Shown: in pieces, positions 37,608 to 45,511 of the stretch | Numbering within the stretch: position 1 is the first letter of the stretch | Layout of the letters: every line of letters starts with the position of its first letter | Assembly: GCA_031459915.1 (NCBI GenBank) | Contig: JAVKHO010000001.1 | Coordinates: 120,840-184,839, forward strand | Length of the DNA stretch: 64,000 bases | Source of the DNA: Candidatus Tepidifontimicrobium thermophilum | Lineage (GTDB): Bacteria; Sysuimicrobiota; Sysuimicrobiia; Sysuimicrobiales; Sysuimicrobiaceae | Reading direction: 5' to 3' | Program-made: the position numbers and the translations under genes | Notes under the pieces: generated by a model | What the model was told of the DNA's origin: nothing | What the model saw: the letters and a program-made list of their open reading frames with translations, nothing else | Database searches by the model: none

Positions 37608-38033
37608 TTACCGGCGGCCCCCCCGACGGGAACCGCGCCGCGTGGCCCCGCGCTTCGTCGCCGGGCGGCGGGCCGTACGCCGCGGAGCCGTCTTACGGGC
37701 CGTGGCCGCCTTCCGCGCAGCCCGGCGGGGCGCGGCCTTTTTCGCCGCGGTCTTGCGCGCGGGCTTACGGGCAGGCTTTTTGGCGGCAGCCTTCCGGGCC
37801 GGCCGGGCGGCTTTCTTCGCGGGCTTGCGGGCCGCTGGCCGGCGCTTGGGTGCCGCAGGCGCGGGCGCCGCGGGTGTAGGCTCCGCAGGCGCCGGCGTCA
37901 CGGGCGCTTCCATCTCGCCGTACATGTCCTCCGCCTCCTCGTCCGTCGTCAACGACAGGTCGCCCTGTTCGTCGAACTCTTCTTCCGCAAGCTCCTCGTG
38001 GAATCCTCCTAGGCGGCGTTCCTCCATGGTCAC
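37608..38033 (-). CDS. Histone-H1-like protein with an acidic N-terminus and a C-terminal Lys/Ala/Pro-rich repeat (AKKAA/PARK-type) tail.
   Basis: Translation: MTMEERRLGGFHEELAEEEFDEQGDLSL... followed by PAARKPAKKAARPARKAAAKKPARKPARKTAAKKAAPRRAARKAA... Compare the HU C-terminal tails of Actinobacteria, AlgP and Hc1. Confidence 0.55.
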   Translation of the reverse strand: MTMEERRLGGFHEELAEEEFDEQGDLSLTTDEEAEDMYGEMEAPVTPAPAEPTPAAPAPAAPKRRPAARKPAKKAARPARKAAAKKPARKPARKTAAKKAAPRRAARKAATARKTAPRRTARRPATKRGATRRGSRRGGRR

Positions 38034-38132
38034 GCGCCTCCCCGCGAAGCTCTTTCGGCACGATTCTAGTACCCGCGACGCCCGCGAGCTACGGGAAGGT
38101 AGCAGAGGTGGTTTGCCGAGTGTGGACGCTCT

Positions 38133-38516
38133 TCAACGGGAGAGGGGGCCGGACCCGAGGGACCAGCGGCCTCCTCCCGCCACCACCAGGGCGAGGGCAC
38201 ACAGCAAGAGTACCGTCTCGAGGACAAAGCCACCCAGGTAGCCGCGGGGCCAGAGCACCCGCAGGATGGCCACCGCCATCTCCGCGGCCAGCAGGGCCGC
38301 CACTAGGCGGGTCCCAAGCCCCAGCAGGAGCAGCACTCCGCCTCCCAGCTCCAGCGCGGCCACCGCGCGCGCCAGCGCCTCAGGGGCCGGGAACCCCGTA
38401 GCGATGAGCAGACCCACGAAGCGATCCATGCCCCCGGCCCACTTCGCGTACCCGTAGGGTATGAATGTGGCGACTAGAGCCACGCGGACCAGCAGGAGGC
38501 CGAGGTCCCTTCCCAC
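38133..38516 (-). CDS. DoxX family membrane protein.
   Basis: 127 aa with four hydrophobic helices and the DoxX pattern (LLLVRVALVATFIPYGYAK). Confidence 0.7.
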   Translation of the reverse strand: MGRDLGLLLVRVALVATFIPYGYAKWAGGMDRFVGLLIATGFPAPEALARAVAALELGGGVLLLLGLGTRLVAALLAAEMAVAILRVLWPRGYLGGFVLETVLLLCALALVVAGGGRWSLGSGPLSR

Positions 38517-38521
38517 CGGGT

Positions 38522-38988
38522 TCAGTACACGGAACTCTCCAGGTCCGGGTCGTTGGCCTGGATGGCCCGAAGGAGGCGGTCGGCCAACTGAGGGTCCAGG
38601 CGGCGGAGGATCTCATAGTGCTCCGTGGCCTTCTGGCGGTCCCCCATGGCCAGGTACGTCCGGGCCAGGTAGTCGTGGGCGGGCGCGTAGTCGGGCCGGA
38701 CGCTCAAGGCGCGGCGGTACGCCTCTACAGAGCGCGCGTAGTTACGGAGCTTGCGGTACGCGTACCCCAGGTTCGTCCACGCCTCAACGAACCGGGGGTC
38801 AAGCCGGACCGCCTGCAGATAGGCGCGGACCGCCTGGTCCCACTGCTGGCGGCGGGAGTACTCCACTCCCTGCTGGTAGAACCTCAGGGCCTCCTCGCCC
38901 ACTCCACCTCCTGGCTCTCCTGCTGGGTCTGCCCACACCACGGCTCCCAGGCAAAGGACCAAAGCCGCGGTCCAGACAAGCGTGCGCA
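38522..38988 (-). CDS. Secreted TPR-repeat protein.
   Basis: Signal peptide (MRTLVWTAALVLCLGAVVWA) followed by about three TPR repeats. Start taken at the internal Met. Confidence 0.65.
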
Positions 38989-39389
38989 TCTGGCCACCAC
39001 CTCCTCGGGCTTCGCCGTTAGGGTGGAGCGTCCGCGTCACAGTCCGGTCACATGCTTGCCACCACAGGCGCGGGACGCCCAGGCCGCCGAAAACGGCGTG
39101 GTTGGAGACCCCCGGGAGGCCCCGGAGGACGGACTGGGTCGCGAGGGCGCGGTCGAAGGGGTCACGGTGGCTGTGGTGCAGCCCCTGCCAAGGTGGTGTA
39201 CGGGAGGAGCTGGGAAGATCCGTGGCCCGGAGCCTACGTAAGCGAGGGCGCAGGCACCGCCCGCTCGTTCAGCGGGCCGCTGATGCAGTCACGACCTCTC
39301 GGGCTCAGCTTCTGGGGCTCGGCCAGAGCCCACAAGAGGACGGGCACGGGCTCGGCTCAGGGGAGCAGAGGTCAAATCCATAGAGCCAA

Positions 39390-40487
39390 TCAGGCTAAGC
39401 CTCGGATCCGCAGCCTCAGGTCGTTGGGCGAGTCCGCGTGCCGCAGCGCCTCCTCGACGGTCACGAGCCCGCGCTGGACCAGCTCGTACAGAGCTTGGTC
39501 GAAGGTTTGCATCCCTTCCTGGGCGCCTGCCTGGATGGCCTGCTTGACGGCGCCCACGTCGCCCCTCCGCACCAGCTCCCGGATCCTGGGGGTGGCCACC
39601 AGGACCTCCAGCGCGGCCACCCGACCGTTCCCGTCAGCCCGGGGGACCAGCCGCTGGGAGACGATGCCCTCCAGGGTGATGGACAGCCTGTGCAGGATCT
39701 CCTGGGTGTGGTCGGGCGGGAAGAAGGCCAGCAGCCGTTCCAGCGCCTGGGCCGCGTTCATGGTGTGCAGGGTGCTGAGCACCAGGTGACCGGTCTCCGC
39801 AAAGTACAGGGCCGCGTCCGCGGACTCCCGATCCCGCATCTCCCCGATGAGGAGGACGTCCGGCGCCTGCCGGAGCGCGGCACGCAGGGCGTGGTGGAAG
39901 GAAGGGGTGTCCGTGGCCACTTCCCGCTGGCTGACGAGGCTGCGCTTGTCGGGGTGCAGGAACTCGATGGGGTCCTCGATGGTCACGATGTGGCCGTCCT
40001 CGTGGGTGTTCCGGTGGTCGATCATGGCCGCCAGGGTGGTGGACTTTCCGGAGCCCGTGGGGCCTGTGACCAGTACCAGCCCCCGCCTGCGCAGGACCAG
40101 GTCCTTCAGGACCTCCGGAAGCCCTAGGTCTTCGAAGGACGGGATGTCCGTGCGGACCCTTCGCGCCACGAGGGCTAAGGTCCCCCGCTGCCGGTACACG
40201 TTGACCCGGAACCGGCCCACGCCGGGCAGGCTGTACGCCAAGTCCACGCTGTGCTCCCGGCGCAGCTGCTCCTGCTGGTCCGCGTCCAGGATCTCCCGTA
40301 CCAGGGCTTCGACCGCCGCGGGGCTGACCTTGGGGACCTCCAGGGGCTGCAGCCGGCCGTGGACCCGGTACGCGGGCGGGGACCCCACCTTCACGTAAAG
40401 GTCGCTGGCGTCCCGCTCGCCCATGCCCCGCAGCAGGTCCGCAGCCCGGAGTTCGGTAGGGGCCGCCGCGCTCACGGCGTGCCCCAC
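39390..40487 (-). CDS. Type IV pilus retraction ATPase paralogue (PilT/PilU family).
   Basis: Walker A motif GPTGSGKSTT and the PilT family region (IEDPIEF ... HHA); 365 aa. The start overlaps pilT by 16 nt. Confidence 0.8.
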   Translation of the reverse strand: MGHAVSAAAPTELRAADLLRGMGERDASDLYVKVGSPPAYRVHGRLQPLEVPKVSPAAVEALVREILDADQQEQLRREHSVDLAYSLPGVGRFRVNVYRQRGTLALVARRVRTDIPSFEDLGLPEVLKDLVLRRRGLVLVTGPTGSGKSTTLAAMIDHRNTHEDGHIVTIEDPIEFLHPDKRSLVSQREVATDTPSFHHALRAALRQAPDVLLIGEMRDRESADAALYFAETGHLVLSTLHTMNAAQALERLLAFFPPDHTQEILHRLSITLEGIVSQRLVPRADGNGRVAALEVLVATPRIRELVRRGDVGAVKQAIQAGAQEGMQTFDQALYELVQRGLVTVEEALRHADSPNDLRLRIRGLA

Positions 40488-41566
40488 GCGGAGGCCAAAG
40501 CCGCGGTGGGTGCTTCCCGGGCGAAGGCGTGCTTGTCCACGGCCCAGCGGTAGGCCACCTCCGCGGTGATCCGGCCCGTCTTCAGCAGGTGTCGCAGGCT
40601 CTGGTCCAGGCTCTGCATCCCGTCCTTCAGCCCCGTCTGGATGGCGGAGGGGATCTGGTGGACCTTGTTCTCCCGGATCAGGTTGCGGATGGCGGGGGTG
40701 GCCACCATGACCTCCACCGCAGGCACGCGGCCGGTGCCGTCCGCGGTGGGCAGCAGGAGCTGCGCGACCACGCCCACCAGGGACTCGGCCAGCTGCACCC
40801 GTACCTGCTCCTGCTGGTGGCTGGGGAACACGTCGATGATGCGGTTGACGGTCTGCGCGGCGCCGCTGGTGTGCAGGGTACTCAGCACCAGGTGGCCCGT
40901 CTCCGCCGCGGTCAGGGCCAGGGCAATGGTCTCCAGATCCCGCATCTCTCCCACCAGGATCACGTCCGGGTCCTCTCGCAGGGCGGACCGCAGGGCCGCG
41001 GCGAAGGACCGGGCGTGCACGCCCACTTCCCGCTGGTTGACGACGCTGCGCTTGTGCGCGTGCACGAACTCGATGGGGTCCTCCAGGGTGATGATGTGGG
41101 CAGTACGGCGCTCGTTGATGAGGTCCACCATGGCCGCCAGGGTGGTGGATTTCCCGGAGCCCGTCGGGCCGGTGACCACGATGAGGCCCCGGTCCCGCAG
41201 GGCTAGGTCCTCCAGCACCGGCGGCAGGCCGAGCTCCCGGATGGTCTTGATGCGCGAGGGGATGAGGCGGAACACCGCCCCCTCGCCCAGCCGCTGGAGG
41301 AACACGTTGACCCGGAACCGCCCGAGGTTCGCGAGCTCCACCGAGAAGTCCAGGTCCAGGTGTTCCTCAAAGCGGGCCTTCTGGGCGTCCGTGAGGATGT
41401 CGTACACCATGGCGTGAACGTCTTCCCGGGAGAGGGAGGGCCAGCCCTCCACGTCCACCAGCTCGCCGTTCACGCGGAGCTTGGGCGGTACTCCCACGGT
41501 GAGGTGAAGGTCGGACGCGCCCTTCTGCTTTGCCAGGATCAGCAGTTCCGTGATGTCCAAGGTCAT
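40472..41566 (-). CDS. pilT: Twitching motility ATPase PilT.
   Basis: Canonical PilT N-terminus (LAKQKGASDLHL) and Walker A GPTGSGKSTT; 364 aa. Confidence 0.85.
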   Translation of the reverse strand: MTLDITELLILAKQKGASDLHLTVGVPPKLRVNGELVDVEGWPSLSREDVHAMVYDILTDAQKARFEEHLDLDFSVELANLGRFRVNVFLQRLGEGAVFRLIPSRIKTIRELGLPPVLEDLALRDRGLIVVTGPTGSGKSTTLAAMVDLINERRTAHIITLEDPIEFVHAHKRSVVNQREVGVHARSFAAALRSALREDPDVILVGEMRDLETIALALTAAETGHLVLSTLHTSGAAQTVNRIIDVFPSHQQEQVRVQLAESLVGVVAQLLLPTADGTGRVPAVEVMVATPAIRNLIRENKVHQIPSAIQTGLKDGMQSLDQSLRHLLKTGRITAEVAYRWAVDKHAFAREAPTAALASAWGTP

Positions 41567-43002
41567 CCCTCCAGGACCGGTACGAGGAACTCAGGGGCTG
41601 CCCGCAGCTGCTCCACGAGGCGGCGGGCGGAGGCCTCCAGGGGCACCCCTTGTCCCTGGGCGGGGTCCCACTCGTACGCCACCGCCTGGTCGGAAAAGCC
41701 CGTGTACCGGCAACTGTCGCAGCCCCCGGGAGAAGCCCACCGCGCGGGGACCTTCGGGGTCGGCCACGCCGGTGGGGTGTGGTGCACCGTGGCGCACCGG
41801 CACAGGGCCGGCACGGGCACGGCGGCCAGGACCCCGCGAACGGGCACCACCACTTCCGCACCCAGAGCGGCGTGGACGTGACGGGCCCGGTAACCCGGCA
41901 GGCCCAGGACGAGCCTCTGGCCCGGCCACCACCCCAGGAGTAGCTGGCGCAAGACGCTGGGCGCCGTGCTGTCCGCCACCAGGGCGTCCGGACGCGCCTG
42001 CTGCCACAGGGGGGCGTCGGCTTCGGGGCTTTCCACCACGGCCGGGACCGGGCGAACCCCACCGGCCCCAGCCAGGACCACGATCCCGCCCCATCGGGAG
42101 GCCACCCGCGCGGCCAGGGACCGCAGCAGGCGGGCCCGCAGCCCCGCCTCCGGGCAGGCTACCGCCAGCAGCCCGCCCGCGTGCAGACCCTGGAGGGCGG
42201 AGTCCCACACCTCCGCCGGCAGGCCCACCTCGTCCTGGAGCGGGTCGGCGGGAACCGGCCTGAGGGGGCCCGCCAGCCCTGCTCCCCACCGCGTCCGCAC
42301 GAGCCGCAGCGCCGCCTCCACCGACCTGTCGGCGAGGACCACCTCAAACGCGAGCACGCCCCGGGGATCCGCGCGATCCGCGAGCGCAGCGAGGGACTCC
42401 CAAGGGACCTGGGGACCGTCCGCGGGGAACACGCCCGCTGGGGTGCGGTAGCGAACCCGCACCGCCCTCCCGGGGAGCGGCTCCACGTACACGTGGGTAG
42501 CTCCCTTCTGGGCCGCGTTGCTGAGCACGAGGCGCAAGGCCAGGTCGCCGTTCCGTGCGGGAGGTGGCGCCCCGGCCAGTGCATCCACGACCTCCCGGAT
42601 GTTGGAGGCCAGGGCCACCACGGCACAGGGCCGCATCCCCGTGAGGCGCTGGACCTCCGCCAGCACCCGGTGGTCCGTGGGGTCCGCTAGGGCCACCGCC
42701 AGCTCACCCTGCCCTGCGAGGAGCGGTAGGACCCCGAGCCGGCGCTGGGTGTCCACCGGCAGCAGCTGCAAAGCCTCCGGATCCACCATGTCGGGCCGCA
42801 GGTGTACGTAGGGCAACCCCAGCTGGGTGCTGAGGGCCCAGGCCACATCGTCCTCCGTGGCGAAGCCGAGGCGGACCAGGGCCTCGCCGAGGCGGATGCC
42901 GTGCTGCAGCTGGAAGGTCACCGCCTGCTCCAGCTGCTGAGGACTGATGACACGGGCCTGGAGGAGGATCTCCCCCAGGGGCCGGTGTCCGGTGGGTACC
43001 AC
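41563..43002 (-). CDS. PilB/GspE-like protein with an N-terminal T2SS-E N domain but an apparently degenerate ATPase core.
   Basis: GspE-N-like region (LGEILLQARVISPQQLEQAV ... VHLRPDMVDPEAL). The core shows only a vestigial P-loop (VVLAGAGGVRP) in place of GPTGSGKT. The C-terminal tetra-cysteine cluster (CRC ... C..C) is retained. Its stop overlaps the pilT start. Confidence 0.55.
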   Translation of the reverse strand: MVPTGHRPLGEILLQARVISPQQLEQAVTFQLQHGIRLGEALVRLGFATEDDVAWALSTQLGLPYVHLRPDMVDPEALQLLPVDTQRRLGVLPLLAGQGELAVALADPTDHRVLAEVQRLTGMRPCAVVALASNIREVVDALAGAPPPARNGDLALRLVLSNAAQKGATHVYVEPLPGRAVRVRYRTPAGVFPADGPQVPWESLAALADRADPRGVLAFEVVLADRSVEAALRLVRTRWGAGLAGPLRPVPADPLQDEVGLPAEVWDSALQGLHAGGLLAVACPEAGLRARLLRSLAARVASRWGGIVVLAGAGGVRPVPAVVESPEADAPLWQQARPDALVADSTAPSVLRQLLLGWWPGQRLVLGLPGYRARHVHAALGAEVVVPVRGVLAAVPVPALCRCATVHHTPPAWPTPKVPARWASPGGCDSCRYTGFSDQAVAYEWDPAQGQGVPLEASARRLVEQLRAAPEFLVPVLEG

Positions 43003-43128
43003 GGGTCAGACCTCCACGTCGCTCGCCAACGTGGGTGTAGCAAGTTCCTTGCCACCCGGGCGGCCGGCAGGGTTCTAGCGGGCCGGCGCAGGCGCAAGGC
43101 GTGTGTTCGGTAGGTGGCCTTTAGGGGT

Positions 43129-43203
43129 TGGCTCCGGCGGTAGGACTCGAACCTACAACCCCCTGGTTAACAGCCAGGTGCTCTACCATTGAGCTACGCC
43201 GGA
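43129..43203 (-). tRNA. tRNA-Asn (anticodon GUU) with encoded CCA.
   Basis: Cloverleaf folded by hand: acceptor stem UCCGGCG/CGCCGGA, anticodon stem CCUGG/CCAGG with loop CUGUUAA, T-loop UUCGAGU. Confidence 0.9.
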
Positions 43204-43277
43204 ACGCGTGGCTAGGCGCGGCCACCATCTTACGCGGGGCGCCGTGCGGTGTCAAACGGGGAACGGAGGTGAGGTGC

Positions 43278-44417
43278 GTGAGCCGGTCGGAGGTGGCGGC
43301 GAACGCCCTGGTGGCGAGCCTGGTGGTGGCGGCCACCTACGGCGTCCTGTGGTTGCTGGTCCGGATCACCGACATCCTGGTCCTGGTGCTCATCTCGGCT
43401 ATCCTCGCCTCTGGACTGGCGCCCACCGTCACCCGCCTGGAACGCACACGGGTGGGGCGCCGCAGCCTGGGCCGCGCGTGGGCCATCGGGTTGACGGTGC
43501 TGGGAGTCCTGGCGGCGGTGGGCCTGATGGTGAGCGTGCTGGTGACCCCGTTGGTCCAGCAGGCGGGGGCGTTCTTCGACCGCCTGCCGGAGTACGTACG
43601 GGAGGCGGAGGAGTGGCTGCGGCAGCTGCGGTTGCGGTATCCGTGGGTCCCCGACGCCAGCCGTTGGGTGGCTCGGCTGCCGGAGGAAGTGCAGAACTTC
43701 GCGCAGTACTTCGGTCCCGCCGCGGGCGTGTTCGGTCGGTTCGTGGGCGGGCTGTTCACCGCCACCACGGTCCTGGTGCTGGTGGTCTACATGCTCATCG
43801 AGGGGCCGCGGCTGAAGCAGGGGTTCGTGCGGCTCTTCCCACCCTCCCAGCGGCCGCTGGTGGTCCAGGTCCTGGACGGGGTCGCGGGCAAGTTCAGCGG
43901 CTGGGTTCGGGGCACTTTCCTCATGGGCTTTTCCATCTTCGTCATGGACACGGTGGGACTCATCCTCCTGGGCATGCCGTATCCCTTCGTCCTGGGGCTC
44001 GCAGCAGGCGTCGCGGAGCTCATCCCCGTGGTGGGGCCGTTTTTGGGCGCGGTACCCGCGGTGCTGGTGGCGCTGTTCCAGCCCACGTGGAAGCTGGTGG
44101 GGGTGGTGGTGCTGTTCGTACTGGCGCAGCAGATCGAGCAGAACGTGCTGGTGCCGCGGATCATGAGCCGGGCGGTGGGCCTTTCCCCCATCCTCGCCAT
44201 CTTCGCCCTGTTGGCGGGAGGGGCGTTGATGGGGCCGGTGGGTGTGCTGCTGTCGATCCCGGTGGCCGCGGCGCTGCAGGTGGTGGCCACGGAGGTGGTC
44301 CGGGTGGTGCTCCCGTACACACGGTCCGACGCCCACGTGCTGGAGGACGCCGCGGACCCCGGCCCTCTTGCGGGCGAGACCGAGGCCGGCCACGAGAGGA
44401 GCGCGGGCCGGACCTAG
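43278..44417 (+). CDS. AI-2E family transporter (PerM/YhhT, UPF0118).
   Basis: Polytopic membrane protein with the AI-2E pattern. GTG start after GGAGGTGAGG. The longer ORF was trimmed because it overlaps the tRNA. Confidence 0.75.
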   Translation: MSRSEVAANALVASLVVAATYGVLWLLVRITDILVLVLISAILASGLAPTVTRLERTRVGRRSLGRAWAIGLTVLGVLAAVGLMVSVLVTPLVQQAGAFFDRLPEYVREAEEWLRQLRLRYPWVPDASRWVARLPEEVQNFAQYFGPAAGVFGRFVGGLFTATTVLVLVVYMLIEGPRLKQGFVRLFPPSQRPLVVQVLDGVAGKFSGWVRGTFLMGFSIFVMDTVGLILLGMPYPFVLGLAAGVAELIPVVGPFLGAVPAVLVALFQPTWKLVGVVVLFVLAQQIEQNVLVPRIMSRAVGLSPILAIFALLAGGALMGPVGVLLSIPVAAALQVVATEVVRVVLPYTRSDAHVLEDAADPGPLAGETEAGHERSAGRT

Positions 44418-45505
44418 CTCGGAGGTTCCAGCAGGCCGAAGGTGCGCCACGCCTCCAGCTTGCTCTGTACGCGCCGGATCACCTCGTCGGTGAACTCCGT
44501 GGTGGTGGCGGCGCCGCCCAGGTCCGGGGTGCGGACGCCGTCCTGCACGGCCTCGAAGGTGGCTTCGTAGATGGCGCGGGAGGCCCGGGACGCCGCGGGG
44601 TCTCCGAGGTACGACAGAGCGGCCGCGGTGGCCAGGATCATGGCCATGGGGTTGGCTAAGTTCTTACCGTACAGTCGCGGGGCTGTCCCGTGGGGCGCTT
44701 CCGCCAGCGCCACCCGGACCTGCAGGTCGTCGTCCAGGGCCAGGACCACCGACTCCGCGCCCGCGATGCTGCCGAACATCTGCAGCACGAGGTCCGACAG
44801 GGTGTCCCCGTCCCGGTTCAAGGCGGGAATGACCAGCGCTTCCCCCGTGGTCTGTAACAGCAGCGCGTAGACCGCGTCGATCAGCTGCGGCTCGTACGGG
44901 ACGTCGGGGTGACGCCGGGCCGCAGCGTCCAGCTCCTCCTTCAGCAGGCCTTCGTAGGTCGGGCTGACGGTGTACTTGGGCCCTCCGAACACCTTCGCCC
45001 CCATACGGCGGGCGTGCCGGAAGCTGAACTCCGCCACCACGCGACAGATCCGGCGGCTCACCCGGGTGGTGCGGTACGCCACCTCCTCCAGGCCCTCGCC
45101 CTCTCTCCATTCGCGCGCGCCGTAGGCGTCCTCCACGGCCATCCGCACCACCGCGATGGGCGCCACCACCCCCGCCAGGGGCCGCACCCCGGGGATCCGA
45201 CGGCCGGTGCGGAGGATCACCTGGGCGCCGATGAGTTCACGCAGCAGGGCGTTGGGGCTGCCGACGTCGCCCGGCCCCTCCGGGGTCGTGGTGGCCGCCT
45301 TGAGCCCGACCCGGTACCGGCGCAGAGCTTCCGCGGCCTCGTGGACCACGCGGTTCCCGGTCGCCCGGCGGTGCGCGAGACTCAGGTCGAACCGTACCAA
45401 CTGCAGGGGGAAGCCGCACACGCTGGGGTCCAGCAGCCGTAGGGCTTGCTCCAACAGCTCCTGACCCGTGAGGTCGCCTTCCAGGACGACCAGGCTCAGG
45501 CCCAT
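44414..45505 (-). CDS. Isocitrate/isopropylmalate dehydrogenase family protein.
   Basis: Family motifs LNRDGDTLSDL and AEAPHGTAP; 363 aa. Confidence 0.7.
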   Translation of the reverse strand: MGLSLVVLEGDLTGQELLEQALRLLDPSVCGFPLQLVRFDLSLAHRRATGNRVVHEAAEALRRYRVGLKAATTTPEGPGDVGSPNALLRELIGAQVILRTGRRIPGVRPLAGVVAPIAVVRMAVEDAYGAREWREGEGLEEVAYRTTRVSRRICRVVAEFSFRHARRMGAKVFGGPKYTVSPTYEGLLKEELDAAARRHPDVPYEPQLIDAVYALLLQTTGEALVIPALNRDGDTLSDLVLQMFGSIAGAESVVLALDDDLQVRVALAEAPHGTAPRLYGKNLANPMAMILATAAALSYLGDPAASRASRAIYEATFEAVQDGVRTPDLGGAATTTEFTDEVIRRVQSKLEAWRTFGLLEPPS

Positions 45506-45511
45506 AGCAGT

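Noticed and set aside
38465-39241. ORF 38465..39241 on the plus strand (258 aa), antisense to the TPR gene.
   Set aside because: The translation is low-complexity and Arg/Gly/Val-rich, and the opposite strand encodes a convincing signal-peptide TPR protein.
43121-43336. ORF 43121..43336 on the minus strand, and the N-terminal extension of ORF 43128..44417.
   Set aside because: They overlap the tRNA-Asn gene. The transporter was trimmed to the GTG at 43278, which follows a ribosome-binding site.
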